Positions 47,681-58,225 of a DNA stretch of 64,000 bases are shown here, one piece after another. Within the stretch, counting starts at the first letter, position 1. Each line of letters starts with the position of its first letter. The notes below the pieces were generated by a model. It made no database searches, was not told the DNA's origin, and saw nothing but the letters and a program-made list of their open reading frames with translations. Origin of the DNA: Dehalococcoidia bacterium (GTDB lineage: Bacteria; Chloroflexota; Dehalococcoidia; Plut-88900); the NCBI GenBank assembly GCA_965207225.1, contig CBDBLV010000002.1, positions 128,001 to 192,000 of the forward strand, in the 5' to 3' direction. The translations under genes were made by a program, and so were the position numbers.

Positions 47681-49063
47681 TTGGCGATGCTAGCTGAACT
47701 TAAGTCCCACCTTAGGCAATGGGACTGGCGTCTTTTCGCCTTTATCCTCCTGTTTATCGGCCTTCCCAACGTATACCAGCTATACAGAGTCCGATTAATC
47801 GGGAATGAATTACCTGATACCGGCGCTCTGGCTATAGTGTCGCAATGGCAATTCGTCGGACTGGCCGTCGAAGTGTTCCAGGAAGCCACCGTCCTTGCAA
47901 TTTTCTTTTTTCTCGGGTCTCAGATACGCAATGGGGCAGCCATACAACTGGATAGGGCAAAGAGCGTATTCGCTCTTATCCTCGGCGTAGCCCTTGCCTT
48001 CTCAATTGGGATATTCCTGTTTCGAGATGCGTTCATCACGCTTATAGGAACCTCTCCCGACATCCAGGCGCAAACCCGAACCTTCTTGGGAATAAGCATA
48101 TTCAGCGTTCCCTTCGCCCTCATGTCCGCCGCCATCATTGTTCTCTTTGAAGCCCTACGGCTCAGAACCCTGGTACTCGTAATGGCAATCGTCAATGTCG
48201 TCCTGCGCTTTGTGCTGGACAGCTTGTTTTTCGGCGGTTATGCATTCTCCTTGGAAGGCTCTACTGCAAACGTGGGCTGGTCCACGCTTTTGGCTAGTGT
48301 TGGAGTGTTCACCATCGCCCTGCTCCTACTCGTTAGGGTCAAAGACATTTCGCCGCGGAGTCTTCTGACCCTCCCGACGTTTTCTGACATGCGCGAATAC
48401 TTCAGGGTTGGCCTTGGCAGTGGCCTTGATAGCCTGATTCGCAATATCGCCTATTTCTTCATGATCGTCCGCATTGTCAACACCATAGGCTCCACCGAGA
48501 TTGGCGGGTATTACCTTGCCATGCAGATACTCTGGAGCTTCATGCTAGTCCCAATACTGGCCTTGGCCGACTCCGCCAAAGCCATGGTGGCCAATGCGTC
48601 CAACGACATTGAAAAAGTAAAAGTGCTTTGGCGTAGTTCCATGCTTATCACCGCAGGCATGATCCTTGTTTGGATCGCCATCGTTCCCGTCCTTCCAAAC
48701 TTCGCAAGATTCCTGTCCAATGATCCGGAGGCCGTAAGTTGGGCCACAACCACCTTAGCCATTCTTTTTGTGCCTTACGTCCTGTTTGCATTTAACGCTA
48801 TGACAGACAGTGTTTTCTATGGCATAGGAAAGACCCAATACCTCGCCTATCAAGCCTTTCTAACTAACGGCACAGTCTATCTCGCTGCATTCTTGCTCCA
48901 TATAACCGGGGCATGGCAGGTCACTTTTGAAGGTGTCATGTTGTTGTTCTCTCTCGGAATCCTGGTTGACTCTGTGCTAACCCTTTATTTCCTAGTTAAA
49001 ATACTGTACTCAGACCAATCCTCGCTGTTGCCTGAACCCGAAAGACCCACCCCACAGGAGTAA
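47681..49063 (+). CDS. MATE-family efflux transporter
   Basis: About 12 TM helices in a two-half pattern; DSLIRN and DSVFYGIGKT. Confidence 0.8.
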   Translation: MAMLAELKSHLRQWDWRLFAFILLFIGLPNVYQLYRVRLIGNELPDTGALAIVSQWQFVGLAVEVFQEATVLAIFFFLGSQIRNGAAIQLDRAKSVFALILGVALAFSIGIFLFRDAFITLIGTSPDIQAQTRTFLGISIFSVPFALMSAAIIVLFEALRLRTLVLVMAIVNVVLRFVLDSLFFGGYAFSLEGSTANVGWSTLLASVGVFTIALLLLVRVKDISPRSLLTLPTFSDMREYFRVGLGSGLDSLIRNIAYFFMIVRIVNTIGSTEIGGYYLAMQILWSFMLVPILALADSAKAMVANASNDIEKVKVLWRSSMLITAGMILVWIAIVPVLPNFARFLSNDPEAVSWATTTLAILFVPYVLFAFNAMTDSVFYGIGKTQYLAYQAFLTNGTVYLAAFLLHITGAWQVTFEGVMLLFSLGILVDSVLTLYFLVKILYSDQSSLLPEPERPTPQE

Positions 49064-49069
49064 CCCCCA

Positions 49070-50863
49070 GTGCCCGCCGACATCACAGACCCCAGTGGCA
49101 TCGAATATGCCTTAGAGTCCCGTAAAGGCTCGACCGAAGACAATCCCCTCGCCCTTCGCCGAGAGTCCATCCGACACTCTGCCTCCCACATCATGGCCGA
49201 GGCCGTCCAGTCCATCTTCCCCGAGGTCAAGTTCGCCATCGGCCCCCCCACCGAGGACGGCTTCTACTACGACTTTGACCTGCCTCGGGCGCTAACCGAC
49301 GAAGACCTTCCCGCCATTGAGAAGAAAATGGCCGAGACCGTCGCCGCCGACCTCCCCTTCCAGCGCACCCAGGCTCCCCGTCCCGAGGCCAATCGCCTCT
49401 TCCACGACCAACCCTTCAAGCTTGAAATCATCGAGGCCATACAAGACGACTCCCTGGGCATATACACCCACGGCAATTTCTCTGACCTCTGCAACGGTCC
49501 CCACGTCGAATCGACGGGGCAGGTGCCTGCATTTAAGCTGCTCAGCGTGGCCGGCGCCTACTGGCGCGGCGACGAAAACCGGCCCATGCTCCAGCGCATC
49601 TACGGTACTGCCTTCGAGTCGCAGGACGCCCTCGACACCTACCTTAATCGGCTTGAAGAAGCCGCCAGGCGTGACCACCGCAAGCTGGGCCGAGACCTCG
49701 GCCTGTTCACCGTCCACAATGAGCTTGGTGCAGGCCTGATCTGCTGGCATCCCAAGGGCGCCCGGGTCCGCAGCCTCGTGGAGGACTTCTGGCGGGAGCT
49801 TCACCTCGACTCGGGCTACTCCCTGGTCTATTCACCCCATATCGGCAAGTCCCGACTCTGGGAGACCAGCGGCCACCTCCAGTTCTACAGCGAGAACATG
49901 TACGCCCCCCTGGAGATAGACGACCAGGACTACTACCTGAAACCCATGAACTGCCCCTTCCACATCCTCATGTACCGCTCATCGCTGCGGAGCTACCGGG
50001 AGCTGCCGATGAGGCTGGCAGAGCTGGGCACCGTCTACCGCTACGAACGGACCGGCGTCCTCCACGGACTCCTGCGAGTCCGGGGGTTCACCCAGGACGA
50101 CGCCCATATCTTTTGCCGCCCCGACCAGCTGGAAGCCGAGGTCCGAGGCGTCCTCGACCTCACCTTCCGCCTCCTCGGCGCCTTTGGGTTCAGCGACTAC
50201 CAGGTCTATCTCTCCGACCGCCCAGAGAAATACGTCGGAGACCTTTCCGAATGGGACACCGCCACCAGCGCCCTTCGCAACACCCTTGAAGAGATGGGCC
50301 TGGACTACAAGGTGGACTCCGGGGGAGGGGCTTTCTACGGGCCCAAGATCGACGTGAAAATTGAGGACGCCATAGGCCGGGACTGGCAGTGCACAACCGT
50401 CCAGTTCGACTTCAACCTCCCCCGCCGCTTCGACCTGTCCTATATCGGAGAAGATGGCCGGGAGCACAGGCCCTACATGGTCCATCGTGCCATCCTTGGC
50501 TCCATGGAACGCTTCATGGGCGTGCTGATTGAGCACTACGGCGGAGCGTTCCCCGTCTGGCTGGCACCCGTTCAGGCTGCCATAGTCCCCATCACCGACC
50601 GCCACCTTGAATACTGCCAGGCAGCGGCGGCAAAGATGTCTGCGGCCGGGCTTCGTGTGGAAGTTGACGACCGCAGCGAGCGCATGAACCGGAAAATTCG
50701 CGACGCCCAGCTCAACAAGATCCCCTACATGATGATAGTGGGCGACAAAGAGGTCGCCGCCGACACCCTGTCCGTTCGAAAGCGCAACGGCGAGGACCTC
50801 GGCCCCACACCCCTCTCCGCCGTCATAGAAATGCTCCGGTCGGACATCGCCGCCAGGGCGTAG
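49070..50863 (+). CDS. thrS: Threonine--tRNA ligase
   Basis: RHSASHIMA, DLCNGPH, RDHRKLG, KPMNCP, FTQDDAH, AFYGPKID and HRAILGSMERF. Confidence 0.98.
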   Translation: MPADITDPSGIEYALESRKGSTEDNPLALRRESIRHSASHIMAEAVQSIFPEVKFAIGPPTEDGFYYDFDLPRALTDEDLPAIEKKMAETVAADLPFQRTQAPRPEANRLFHDQPFKLEIIEAIQDDSLGIYTHGNFSDLCNGPHVESTGQVPAFKLLSVAGAYWRGDENRPMLQRIYGTAFESQDALDTYLNRLEEAARRDHRKLGRDLGLFTVHNELGAGLICWHPKGARVRSLVEDFWRELHLDSGYSLVYSPHIGKSRLWETSGHLQFYSENMYAPLEIDDQDYYLKPMNCPFHILMYRSSLRSYRELPMRLAELGTVYRYERTGVLHGLLRVRGFTQDDAHIFCRPDQLEAEVRGVLDLTFRLLGAFGFSDYQVYLSDRPEKYVGDLSEWDTATSALRNTLEEMGLDYKVDSGGGAFYGPKIDVKIEDAIGRDWQCTTVQFDFNLPRRFDLSYIGEDGREHRPYMVHRAILGSMERFMGVLIEHYGGAFPVWLAPVQAAIVPITDRHLEYCQAAAAKMSAAGLRVEVDDRSERMNRKIRDAQLNKIPYMMIVGDKEVAADTLSVRKRNGEDLGPTPLSAVIEMLRSDIAARA

Positions 50864-50967
50864 AGCCTTCATCCCTTACGGTCATCCCCACCTCCTTCCC
50901 ATCCCCCGGTCCCCTCTCCATCATCCCCGACTTCTCGGGAATGTGAGTTTAGAGAATCCAAGGGTGC

Positions 50968-52405
50968 GGGTTCCGCTCACCCTGAGCGATTAGTCGAAGA
51001 GCCTGCCCCTGCAAAGGCAGGGGGTCGAGCGGGTGGGTGGCCCACATCTCTCCAACCTATCACACCCGTCTTACCCCATTCCACACCCTTCCCTGTCATT
51101 CCGATGCCCCGCGATGAATCTAGGACTTGCCCGCTCACGCCCTTTATCTCCTTCTCCCTTCCTTTCCCCAGTACTGAACTAGAGGGCCACGGGGGTGCGC
51201 AGCACCCCCGTGGCCCTCTAGTTCTTCTCTCCCCCTCTCCCTTAAAGGCCCTAAGAGCCTGCCCCGAGTCCCTCGAGGGGGGGAGGGGGATCAAGGGGGT
51301 GAGGGTTCCCCTGTGGGGCCAAGGGGCATCCCCCCTGAAATTGCACATTTGCCCTACCTGAACCCCCGTGCTATACTACTCCCCGGGCATCCGACCTCGT
51401 ACCTCGGCGCCCATCACAGGAAAGGAATAAAGAGTCTTATGAGACGCAACAGCCTGATCAGCTCTCGTCTTACCCGGGCCCTGCGCAACCGCCCGGCTAC
51501 CGACACGCGCCTCCTTCCTCCACCCTTTCCTACCAGGCGATGGAAGGTCCATCGACCACACGCGGCACACCTGTCTCCCAGGGCATTCCCGCGTCTGCGC
51601 CACCTTAATGGCGTACTCACCCCCGGCCACAGGCCAGGGGGACGACCCGACACCCTCGGGTCCCCGGAGGCCACCGCGCCCCGGCTCGACTCCCCCGTCG
51701 CTTCCCTCGGAACTGCCCCCTTTCACGGCGACGGGAAGGAGTATACGCCCGACCCCCTCCGAAGGGTCGAGAGCGTCTGGGGTTCTTACCCCTTTCAGGA
51801 CTCCCCCCTCTTCCCTCTCGGAGACCCCTGTTCACCCAGAGACGGCAGAGAGTCCGCGCTCCCATCCCTCCGAATGGTAGAGCGTCTCCCGCATACGGAC
51901 AGGCCTGAGCTTCCCTCTAGCCCTGCCGACATGCGGGTCTGGCGCAGCTGGCCCCCGGCCCCTGCGCCCTGGTCATGGATCCTCCATCGCCTACACCCTC
52001 TTCCCGTCATTCCCGACCCCGATCGGGACCCTACGGGCGGGGGTTCCGCTCGCCCTGAGCGGAGTCGAAGGGTCTCAAGAGCGGAACGGAGTGGTATCCC
52101 CTCCTCGGAGCGGGGGACGGCCCACACACGACTGTCATGCCTCGCCAGTCATTCCCACCCCCTCCCCCTCCGTCATTCCTGCGGAGGGCAGAGCCTGCCC
52201 CTGCGAAGGCAGGGGAACCCATCCCTCCGGAACAATCACCTGCGATTTCGCAACTCACGCCATCCCCTCCCTTTCCACCAGTACCAAACTAGAGGGAGCA
52301 GTTGGCGCAGGCGCGCCAACTGCTCCCTCTGTTTTTCCTTCCCCCTCTCCCTTAAAGGCCCTAAGGGAGAGGGGGAACAAGGGGGAGAGGGTTCCCCTGT
52401 GGGGC
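50968..52405. repeat. Cluster of REP-like palindromic repeats between thrS and tRNA-Pro
   Basis: Paired copies at 50968/52041 (21 bp), 50999/52191 (25 bp) and 51230/52340 (26 bp); perfect stems at 51176-51224 and 52291-52330. Confidence 0.8.
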
Positions 52406-52637
52406 TGAGGGTATCCCCTCTCCGTAGGGGCGACCGGCGGGTCGCCCTCCCCCCTGCGACACGCGAAATCCCCAGAAAACCCTTTAGGCGTCGTTCAATC
52501 AAAACAGCTACGAGGTCAATCAACGTTCAATCAAAATCACAACCCCACAACCGGATAGAGACCCGGTGTGTCGCAAACCCACCCCACGGTACCTCGCCTT
52601 GAACACCCCCACCCTTCGTGCTAAGCTACCGACCCGT

Positions 52638-52714
<77 letters not shown>

Positions 52715-52837
52715 TTCCCATCCCTCATACCATCAGCCCGGACTGGTTTTCCTCCTTCCTCCAATGGCCTCTCGTCAGATGAAGTCCAGCCTGTCTGCTA
52801 TAATCGACCCAAATCTGCACTTGGCGGGAGGCTGAAC

Positions 52838-54046
52838 ATGGGAACCGCACTGGACGGAGTTCGAGTCATTGACCTCACCCAGTTCGAGGCTGGAACCACC
52901 TGCACGCAGGCCCTCGCCTGGCTCGGTGCAGACGTCATCAAGGTCGAGGCCCCCGGCCGCGGCGACCCCGGCCGCAAGGTGCGGGACGACGGTAAGGGCT
53001 TCGACAGCTACTACTTCATGACCCTGAACTCCAACAAGAAGAGCATCACCCTGGACCTCAAGACCGAAGAGGGCAAGCTCATCTTCTTCGACCTTATCAG
53101 GAAGGGCGACATCGTAGCCGAGAACATGGGCCCCGGCACCCTGGAGCGCCTCGGTCTCGGATACGATGTTCTTTCCCAGGTAAACCCCCGGATCATCCTG
53201 GCCCGGGTCAAGGGCTTCGGTACCTACGGGCCCTACAGCAGCTACAAGAGCTTCGACATGATAGCCCTCACCACCGGAGGCGCCGTGGCCATGACCGGCG
53301 AACCGGGCGGCCCTCCGCTTCTGCCCGGTGTAACGGCGGGAGACATCGGCACGGGTTACCACACGGCGCTGGGCATCATGGCCGCCCTGTGGCAGCGAGA
53401 GAAGACGGGCAAGGGACAGGAGGTAGAGGTCTCCATGCAGGACGCCGTGGTGAATTTCACCCGGGTCACCATGCACGGCTACTACTACGACAAGGAAATC
53501 CCCGACCGCCGGGGCAGGTCGTCCCCAGGCTCTTCTCCCTGTGATCTGTTCAGGTGCAAGCCCGGCGGCAAAGACGACTACGTTTACCTCTATATCAACG
53601 GCATCATCGGCCAGAGACTGTGGGACGACTTCCTGCGCCTCATGGAACGGGAAGACCTGATAGGAGACCCCCGGTTTTCTACCAACGACGCCCGCGTTGC
53701 CAACAACGACGAGCTCACCTCCATAATCGAAGAATGGTCAGCCAGGCACGACAAGCACGAAATTATGAAGCTGATGGGAGAGATCGGGGTGACTGCCGGT
53801 GCCCTGATGAACGCCGAGGACATCCATTCCGACCCCCACCTCTTGGAAAGGGAAATGATCGTCACTATCGATCATCCCCAGCGCGGCGAGTTCACCTTCC
53901 CCGGCAACCCCATCAAGCTCTCTGACTCCCCCACCCATGTGGAACCCTCCCCGTTGCTGGGCCAGCATACGGAGCAAGTCCTGTCTGAAGTCCTGGGCTA
54001 TGACGGAGAGCGCATCGGCAGGTTGAAGGAGTCGGGCGTCGTTTAG
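52838..54046 (+). CDS. CaiB/BaiF family III CoA-transferase (formyl-CoA transferase-like)
   Basis: LDGVRVIDLT, LGADVIKVE, NSNKKSI and catalytic AGD. Confidence 0.93.
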   Translation: MGTALDGVRVIDLTQFEAGTTCTQALAWLGADVIKVEAPGRGDPGRKVRDDGKGFDSYYFMTLNSNKKSITLDLKTEEGKLIFFDLIRKGDIVAENMGPGTLERLGLGYDVLSQVNPRIILARVKGFGTYGPYSSYKSFDMIALTTGGAVAMTGEPGGPPLLPGVTAGDIGTGYHTALGIMAALWQREKTGKGQEVEVSMQDAVVNFTRVTMHGYYYDKEIPDRRGRSSPGSSPCDLFRCKPGGKDDYVYLYINGIIGQRLWDDFLRLMEREDLIGDPRFSTNDARVANNDELTSIIEEWSARHDKHEIMKLMGEIGVTAGALMNAEDIHSDPHLLEREMIVTIDHPQRGEFTFPGNPIKLSDSPTHVEPSPLLGQHTEQVLSEVLGYDGERIGRLKESGVV

Positions 54047-54169
54047 GGCTCCAGTACTCCGCACAGGGGCCGGGCCATCGATTTAACCTTGTCAAGGGAA
54101 GTCATGGTCAGCTTGTGCGGCGAGTACAACTCTCCTTCTTTCCTAAAGAGCTGGACCTAGGCTCCACCC

Positions 54170-54760
54170 ATGCTGCGATTCTTCCGCAAAAAAGAGCCCA
54201 AACCCCTCGATGTCCAAATAGAGGAGAGGGAGACCCAGGAGGGCAAGACCCGACCCATCCCATGGCGACCTCTACACGTAATCGGGCTGCTGACCGTAGC
54301 CTTCATATTCGTCTTCTCTTGTGGCAGTGTGATCTTCTTCATGGTGGGGCCGGAGCTGGGAGAGGAGCCCGTACCCACAGCCAGGGCCGTCATCCCCGAG
54401 GAGTTCATCATCCGCGGCACCGTATTCGCCGAAGAAGGCCAGTTCGACCTGGCAGTCCGGGACTTTACCGAAGCGCTGCGCCTCCGCCCCGACTACGACG
54501 CCGCATACTACAACCGCGGCCTCACCTACGTGAAGATGGAGCGCTATGAAGAAGGGATCCAGGACTTCACCACCACCATATCCATCGCCCCGACCCACCA
54601 GGGCGCCTACGTTCAGCGGGCCTTCGCCTACGTCCTCCTCGGCCGCGACGCTGAAGCCGAAGCCGACGTGCTTGAAGCAATTGAGTTGGGCGTCGACGAG
54701 GATGAGTTGCGGGCAAGGATAGAGGGAGCGAAATTGTCTCGGGATGCGGAAAACCCCTAG
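54170..54760 (+). CDS. Membrane-anchored TPR protein
   Basis: One TM helix, then AYYNRG and AYVQRA TPR repeats. Confidence 0.88.
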   Translation: MLRFFRKKEPKPLDVQIEERETQEGKTRPIPWRPLHVIGLLTVAFIFVFSCGSVIFFMVGPELGEEPVPTARAVIPEEFIIRGTVFAEEGQFDLAVRDFTEALRLRPDYDAAYYNRGLTYVKMERYEEGIQDFTTTISIAPTHQGAYVQRAFAYVLLGRDAEAEADVLEAIELGVDEDELRARIEGAKLSRDAENP

Positions 54761-55617
54761 GCCCTTCGGCCCTCCACCCAGACCCGGTACACCCTGTTCC
54801 TGCCCACCCCCGACTCTCGTCTCACCCTCTCCACTGCTTCCCTGCCCGTTATCCCCCGAGTCTCCAGGTTTGTCAGAGCAGCCGCCAATTCCTCATCGGT
54901 GACCTCCGTGTCCGGTTGATGGGAGGGTCCGATTACAATGGTGAACTCCCCGCGAGGCTTATCGAAGTAGTTGACAGCATCCGAAGCGGTACCCCTAAAG
55001 ACCTCTTCGTGGAGCTTGGTCAGCTCCCGGCAAACGGCAACCTCGACATCCGGGGCAAGGGCATCTATGTCGTTCAAGGCGGCCAACAATCGGTGCGGCG
55101 CCTCATAGGCCACCACGGTCCGACCCCCTTGTAACACCGAAGCCAACATCTTCCTCCGCTCCGAGGCCTTTCTGGGCAGGAATCCAACAAAGGTGAACTG
55201 GGCGGTGGGGAGACCCGAGACTGCCAGAGTGGAAGTAACGGCGGTTGGGCCCGGGACGGGGACAACAGGTATCGAATCCTTGATGGCTGCCAGAATGAGG
55301 TCGTGGCCCGGATCGCTGATGTTGGGCATCCCCGCCTCCGAGACCAGGGCCAGGTCCAGGGTCCTCATGTGCTCTACCAGCTGGCCCAGCTTGGCATCAC
55401 CGCTGTGGTCGTGGAAGCTGGTGATTCGAGTCTTTATGTCATAGCGTTGGAGGAGGCGTCTCGTTATGCGGGTGTCCTCGGCCGCGATGAGCGGCACTTC
55501 GCGCAGGACGCGAAGCGCCCTAAGGGTTACATCTTCCAGGTTGCCTATAGGCGTCCCAACCAGGTAGAGCAATGCTTCTCCATACGCTCGGCCGCGAGCA
55601 ATCAAACTGTGGGTCAT
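54757..55617 (-). CDS. rsmI: 16S rRNA (cytidine1402-2'-O)-methyltransferase (start uncertain)
   Basis: LYLVGTPIGNLED, AEDTR, GMPNISDPG, YEAPHR and RELTKLHEE. Confidence 0.95.
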   Translation of the reverse strand: MTHSLIARGRAYGEALLYLVGTPIGNLEDVTLRALRVLREVPLIAAEDTRITRRLLQRYDIKTRITSFHDHSGDAKLGQLVEHMRTLDLALVSEAGMPNISDPGHDLILAAIKDSIPVVPVPGPTAVTSTLAVSGLPTAQFTFVGFLPRKASERRKMLASVLQGGRTVVAYEAPHRLLAALNDIDALAPDVEVAVCRELTKLHEEVFRGTASDAVNYFDKPRGEFTIVIGPSHQPDTEVTDEELAAALTNLETRGITGREAVERVRRESGVGRNRVYRVWVEGRRA

Positions 55618-55705
55618 GGTAGCACCGACAGAAAGGGTCTGCCCCTTAACTGCTGCCCAAGTCCAATGCGTTGACAAGCCGACTACCCGCTATTAGGGTT
55701 TTCCC

Positions 55706-56962
55706 ATGAACCTGCTCCCACCGCTCAGAGTCCTGGACATCACGCGTGAAAACGGCTTCCTGTGCGGGAAGATCCTCGCCGATCTGGGCTGCGACGTGCT
55801 CAAGATCGAAGAACCGGGCGGAGACCCGGGCCGGCTCCATGGCCCCTTCTATCAGGACACTTCCGATCCCGACAAAAGCCTTTACTGGTGGGCTTTTAAC
55901 GCCAACAAGCGAGGCATCACCCTCAACATCGAAAGGCCGGAGGGCCGTGCACTCTTCCTTCGTCTCGCAGAAAAGGCAGACTTTGTAATCGAGTCCTTTG
56001 CGCCGGGCTACATGGACGAAATGGGTCTCGGATACCGGGAGCTTGGGAAGCTCAATCCAGGACTCGTAGTGACCTCTATCACCCCCTTCGGGCAGTCGGG
56101 GCCTTACGCCCGATATAAGGTGACCGACCTAATCGGCATGGCTATGGGGGGCATCATGTACATCAGCGGAGATGACGACCGACCTCCGGTCAGAATCAGT
56201 TATCCTCAAGCTTGGAGCCACGCCGCCCTTCAGGCCGCAGTGGGAACCATGAATGCGTACTACTATCGAGAAAGCAGCGGCAAGGGCCAGCACGTGGACG
56301 CCTCCATGCAGCTCTCCGTAATTTGGACACAGATGAACGCGACCATCACGTGGGACATGTCACGCATGAACACCCTGCGGGGCGGAGCTGTGAAGACCTT
56401 CTCAATGGTTAGGGATGGAAAGGCCATGGACGTGCCCATCCGCTACACATGGAAATGCAAGGACGGCTATGTGAATTTCGTCATCGTCGGCTCTGGTCCA
56501 GGTGTCAGGGTAAACCAGGCCCTGGTGGACTGGATGAACAGTGAGGGAATAGGGCTAGAGCTCAAAGGGTTCGATTGGGCGGGATTCGGGTTTGTGCCCA
56601 CAGACCCCGAGACCCGAGAAATGCTGGAACGCAACATCGGTGAGTTCTTTGAGGCCCACACCGTGGAGGAGTTGTACGAAGGAGCCGTGGCCCAGCGTAT
56701 CTGGATAGCGCCTATCGGGACTCCGGCCTACCAGATAGTGAATCCCCAGCTCAAGGCGCGGGGATTCTGGCACGAAGTATTTGACCCGGAGATTGGGGAG
56801 ACGGTGGTATATCCCGGATGGCCCATCAAGCAATCGGAGAGTCCGGTTGGGCCGCCTAATCGGGCGCCGCACGTCGGGGAGCATAACCCGGCAATCTACT
56901 GCGGAGAGCTGGGCTTAGAGGCTGCTGACCTGGCCCGCCATGAGGAATCGGGAGTTATCTGA
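55706..56962 (+). CDS. Family III CoA-transferase subunit, apparently lacking the catalytic Asp
   Basis: LADLGCDVLKIE and NANKRGI; PQAW at the usual Asp position. Confidence 0.9.
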   Translation: MNLLPPLRVLDITRENGFLCGKILADLGCDVLKIEEPGGDPGRLHGPFYQDTSDPDKSLYWWAFNANKRGITLNIERPEGRALFLRLAEKADFVIESFAPGYMDEMGLGYRELGKLNPGLVVTSITPFGQSGPYARYKVTDLIGMAMGGIMYISGDDDRPPVRISYPQAWSHAALQAAVGTMNAYYYRESSGKGQHVDASMQLSVIWTQMNATITWDMSRMNTLRGGAVKTFSMVRDGKAMDVPIRYTWKCKDGYVNFVIVGSGPGVRVNQALVDWMNSEGIGLELKGFDWAGFGFVPTDPETREMLERNIGEFFEAHTVEELYEGAVAQRIWIAPIGTPAYQIVNPQLKARGFWHEVFDPEIGETVVYPGWPIKQSESPVGPPNRAPHVGEHNPAIYCGELGLEAADLARHEESGVI

Positions 56963-56974
56963 GGAGCCTGATCC

Positions 56975-58195
56975 ATGCCCGACCAGATATTTGAAGGGAT
57001 CAAGGTAGCCGACTTCACGTGGGTGGGAGTCGGGCCCATAACCATCAAGAACCTCGCCGACCATGGGGCGACGGTCGTCCACATAGAATCCCACACTCAC
57101 CTGGACACGCTGCGGATGACGCCGCCCTTCAAGGACGGCATCGCGGGTGTGGACCGCAGCGCATTCATGGCGGACTACAACACGAACAAGTACGGCGTGA
57201 GCCTGGACATAAACACCCCCAAGGGGTTGGAGATTGCCCGAGACCTTATCCTTTGGTCGGACGTGGTCGCGGAGTCCTTCAGCCCGCGGGCCATGGGCAA
57301 GTGGGGGCTGGACTACGAGAGCATCAGCAAGATCAAGCCCGACATCATTTACTACAGCGCTAGCCAGCAAGGTCACGGAGGGCCCCATAGTGGTTTCATC
57401 GGGTTCGGAATGATGATGGCCAGCCTGTCCGGATACGCACACCTTACGGGTTGGCCGGACCGGGACCCGGCTCCACCATACGGCGCCTACACCGATTTTA
57501 TATCGCCGTTCTTCGGAGCCGCAGCGCTGGTCGCTGCGTTGGACTACAAGAGGAAGACGGGGGTCGGGCAGCACCTTGACCTGTCCCAGCTGGAGTGCGG
57601 TTTACAGCTCATCGCTCCGGTGCAGATGGACTACGTCCTAAATCGCCACGAGATGAAGCGGGACGGGAACCGGGACCCGAGGGCCGCACCTCACAACGCG
57701 TATCCGTGTCTGGGAGAAGACTCATGGTGTGCAATCGCCGTCTTCACAGAAGAGGAATGGACGAGCCTGTGCATGGTGTTGGACAAGCCCGAATGGGCTA
57801 GAGACCCGCGCTTCGAGAACCTGGAGGCCAGGAAGGCCAACGAGGACGAACTGGACAGGCTGATCGGGGAGTGGACTCGGGGGTGCGAGGCACAGGAAAT
57901 CATGGAAGCCCTGCAGTCCGTGGGCGTCCCGGCGGGCGTAGTGCTCAATGCAGAAGGTCAGTTCAACGATCCCCAGGTCAAGTATCGGGGGTTTTTCAAG
58001 CACCTTGAGCACGAGGTGATCGGGCGGCACGCTTATGACGGGTTTTCTTTTGAGCTTTCCCGCACGCCGGGAACCCTGGCGGCGGCTCCAACTCTCGGAC
58101 AGCACAATGAGTACGTCTACAAGGAGATCTTGGGCATGACCGACGAGGAGATAGGTGACCTCATCGCCGAAGGCGTGATCACCGTAGAGGCCTGA
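56975..58195 (+). CDS. Family III CoA-transferase
   Basis: DFTWVGVGP, NTNKYG and AYTD. Confidence 0.92.
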   Translation: MPDQIFEGIKVADFTWVGVGPITIKNLADHGATVVHIESHTHLDTLRMTPPFKDGIAGVDRSAFMADYNTNKYGVSLDINTPKGLEIARDLILWSDVVAESFSPRAMGKWGLDYESISKIKPDIIYYSASQQGHGGPHSGFIGFGMMMASLSGYAHLTGWPDRDPAPPYGAYTDFISPFFGAAALVAALDYKRKTGVGQHLDLSQLECGLQLIAPVQMDYVLNRHEMKRDGNRDPRAAPHNAYPCLGEDSWCAIAVFTEEEWTSLCMVLDKPEWARDPRFENLEARKANEDELDRLIGEWTRGCEAQEIMEALQSVGVPAGVVLNAEGQFNDPQVKYRGFFKHLEHEVIGRHAYDGFSFELSRTPGTLAAAPTLGQHNEYVYKEILGMTDEEIGDLIAEGVITVEA

Positions 58196-58225
58196 GCCAG
58201 CCATCGGGCCGGGAGGACTTCATAT

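Noticed and set aside
49070-49200. ThrS lacking the N-terminal TGS domain
   Set aside because: Short ThrRS forms are common; editing and catalytic motifs are intact.
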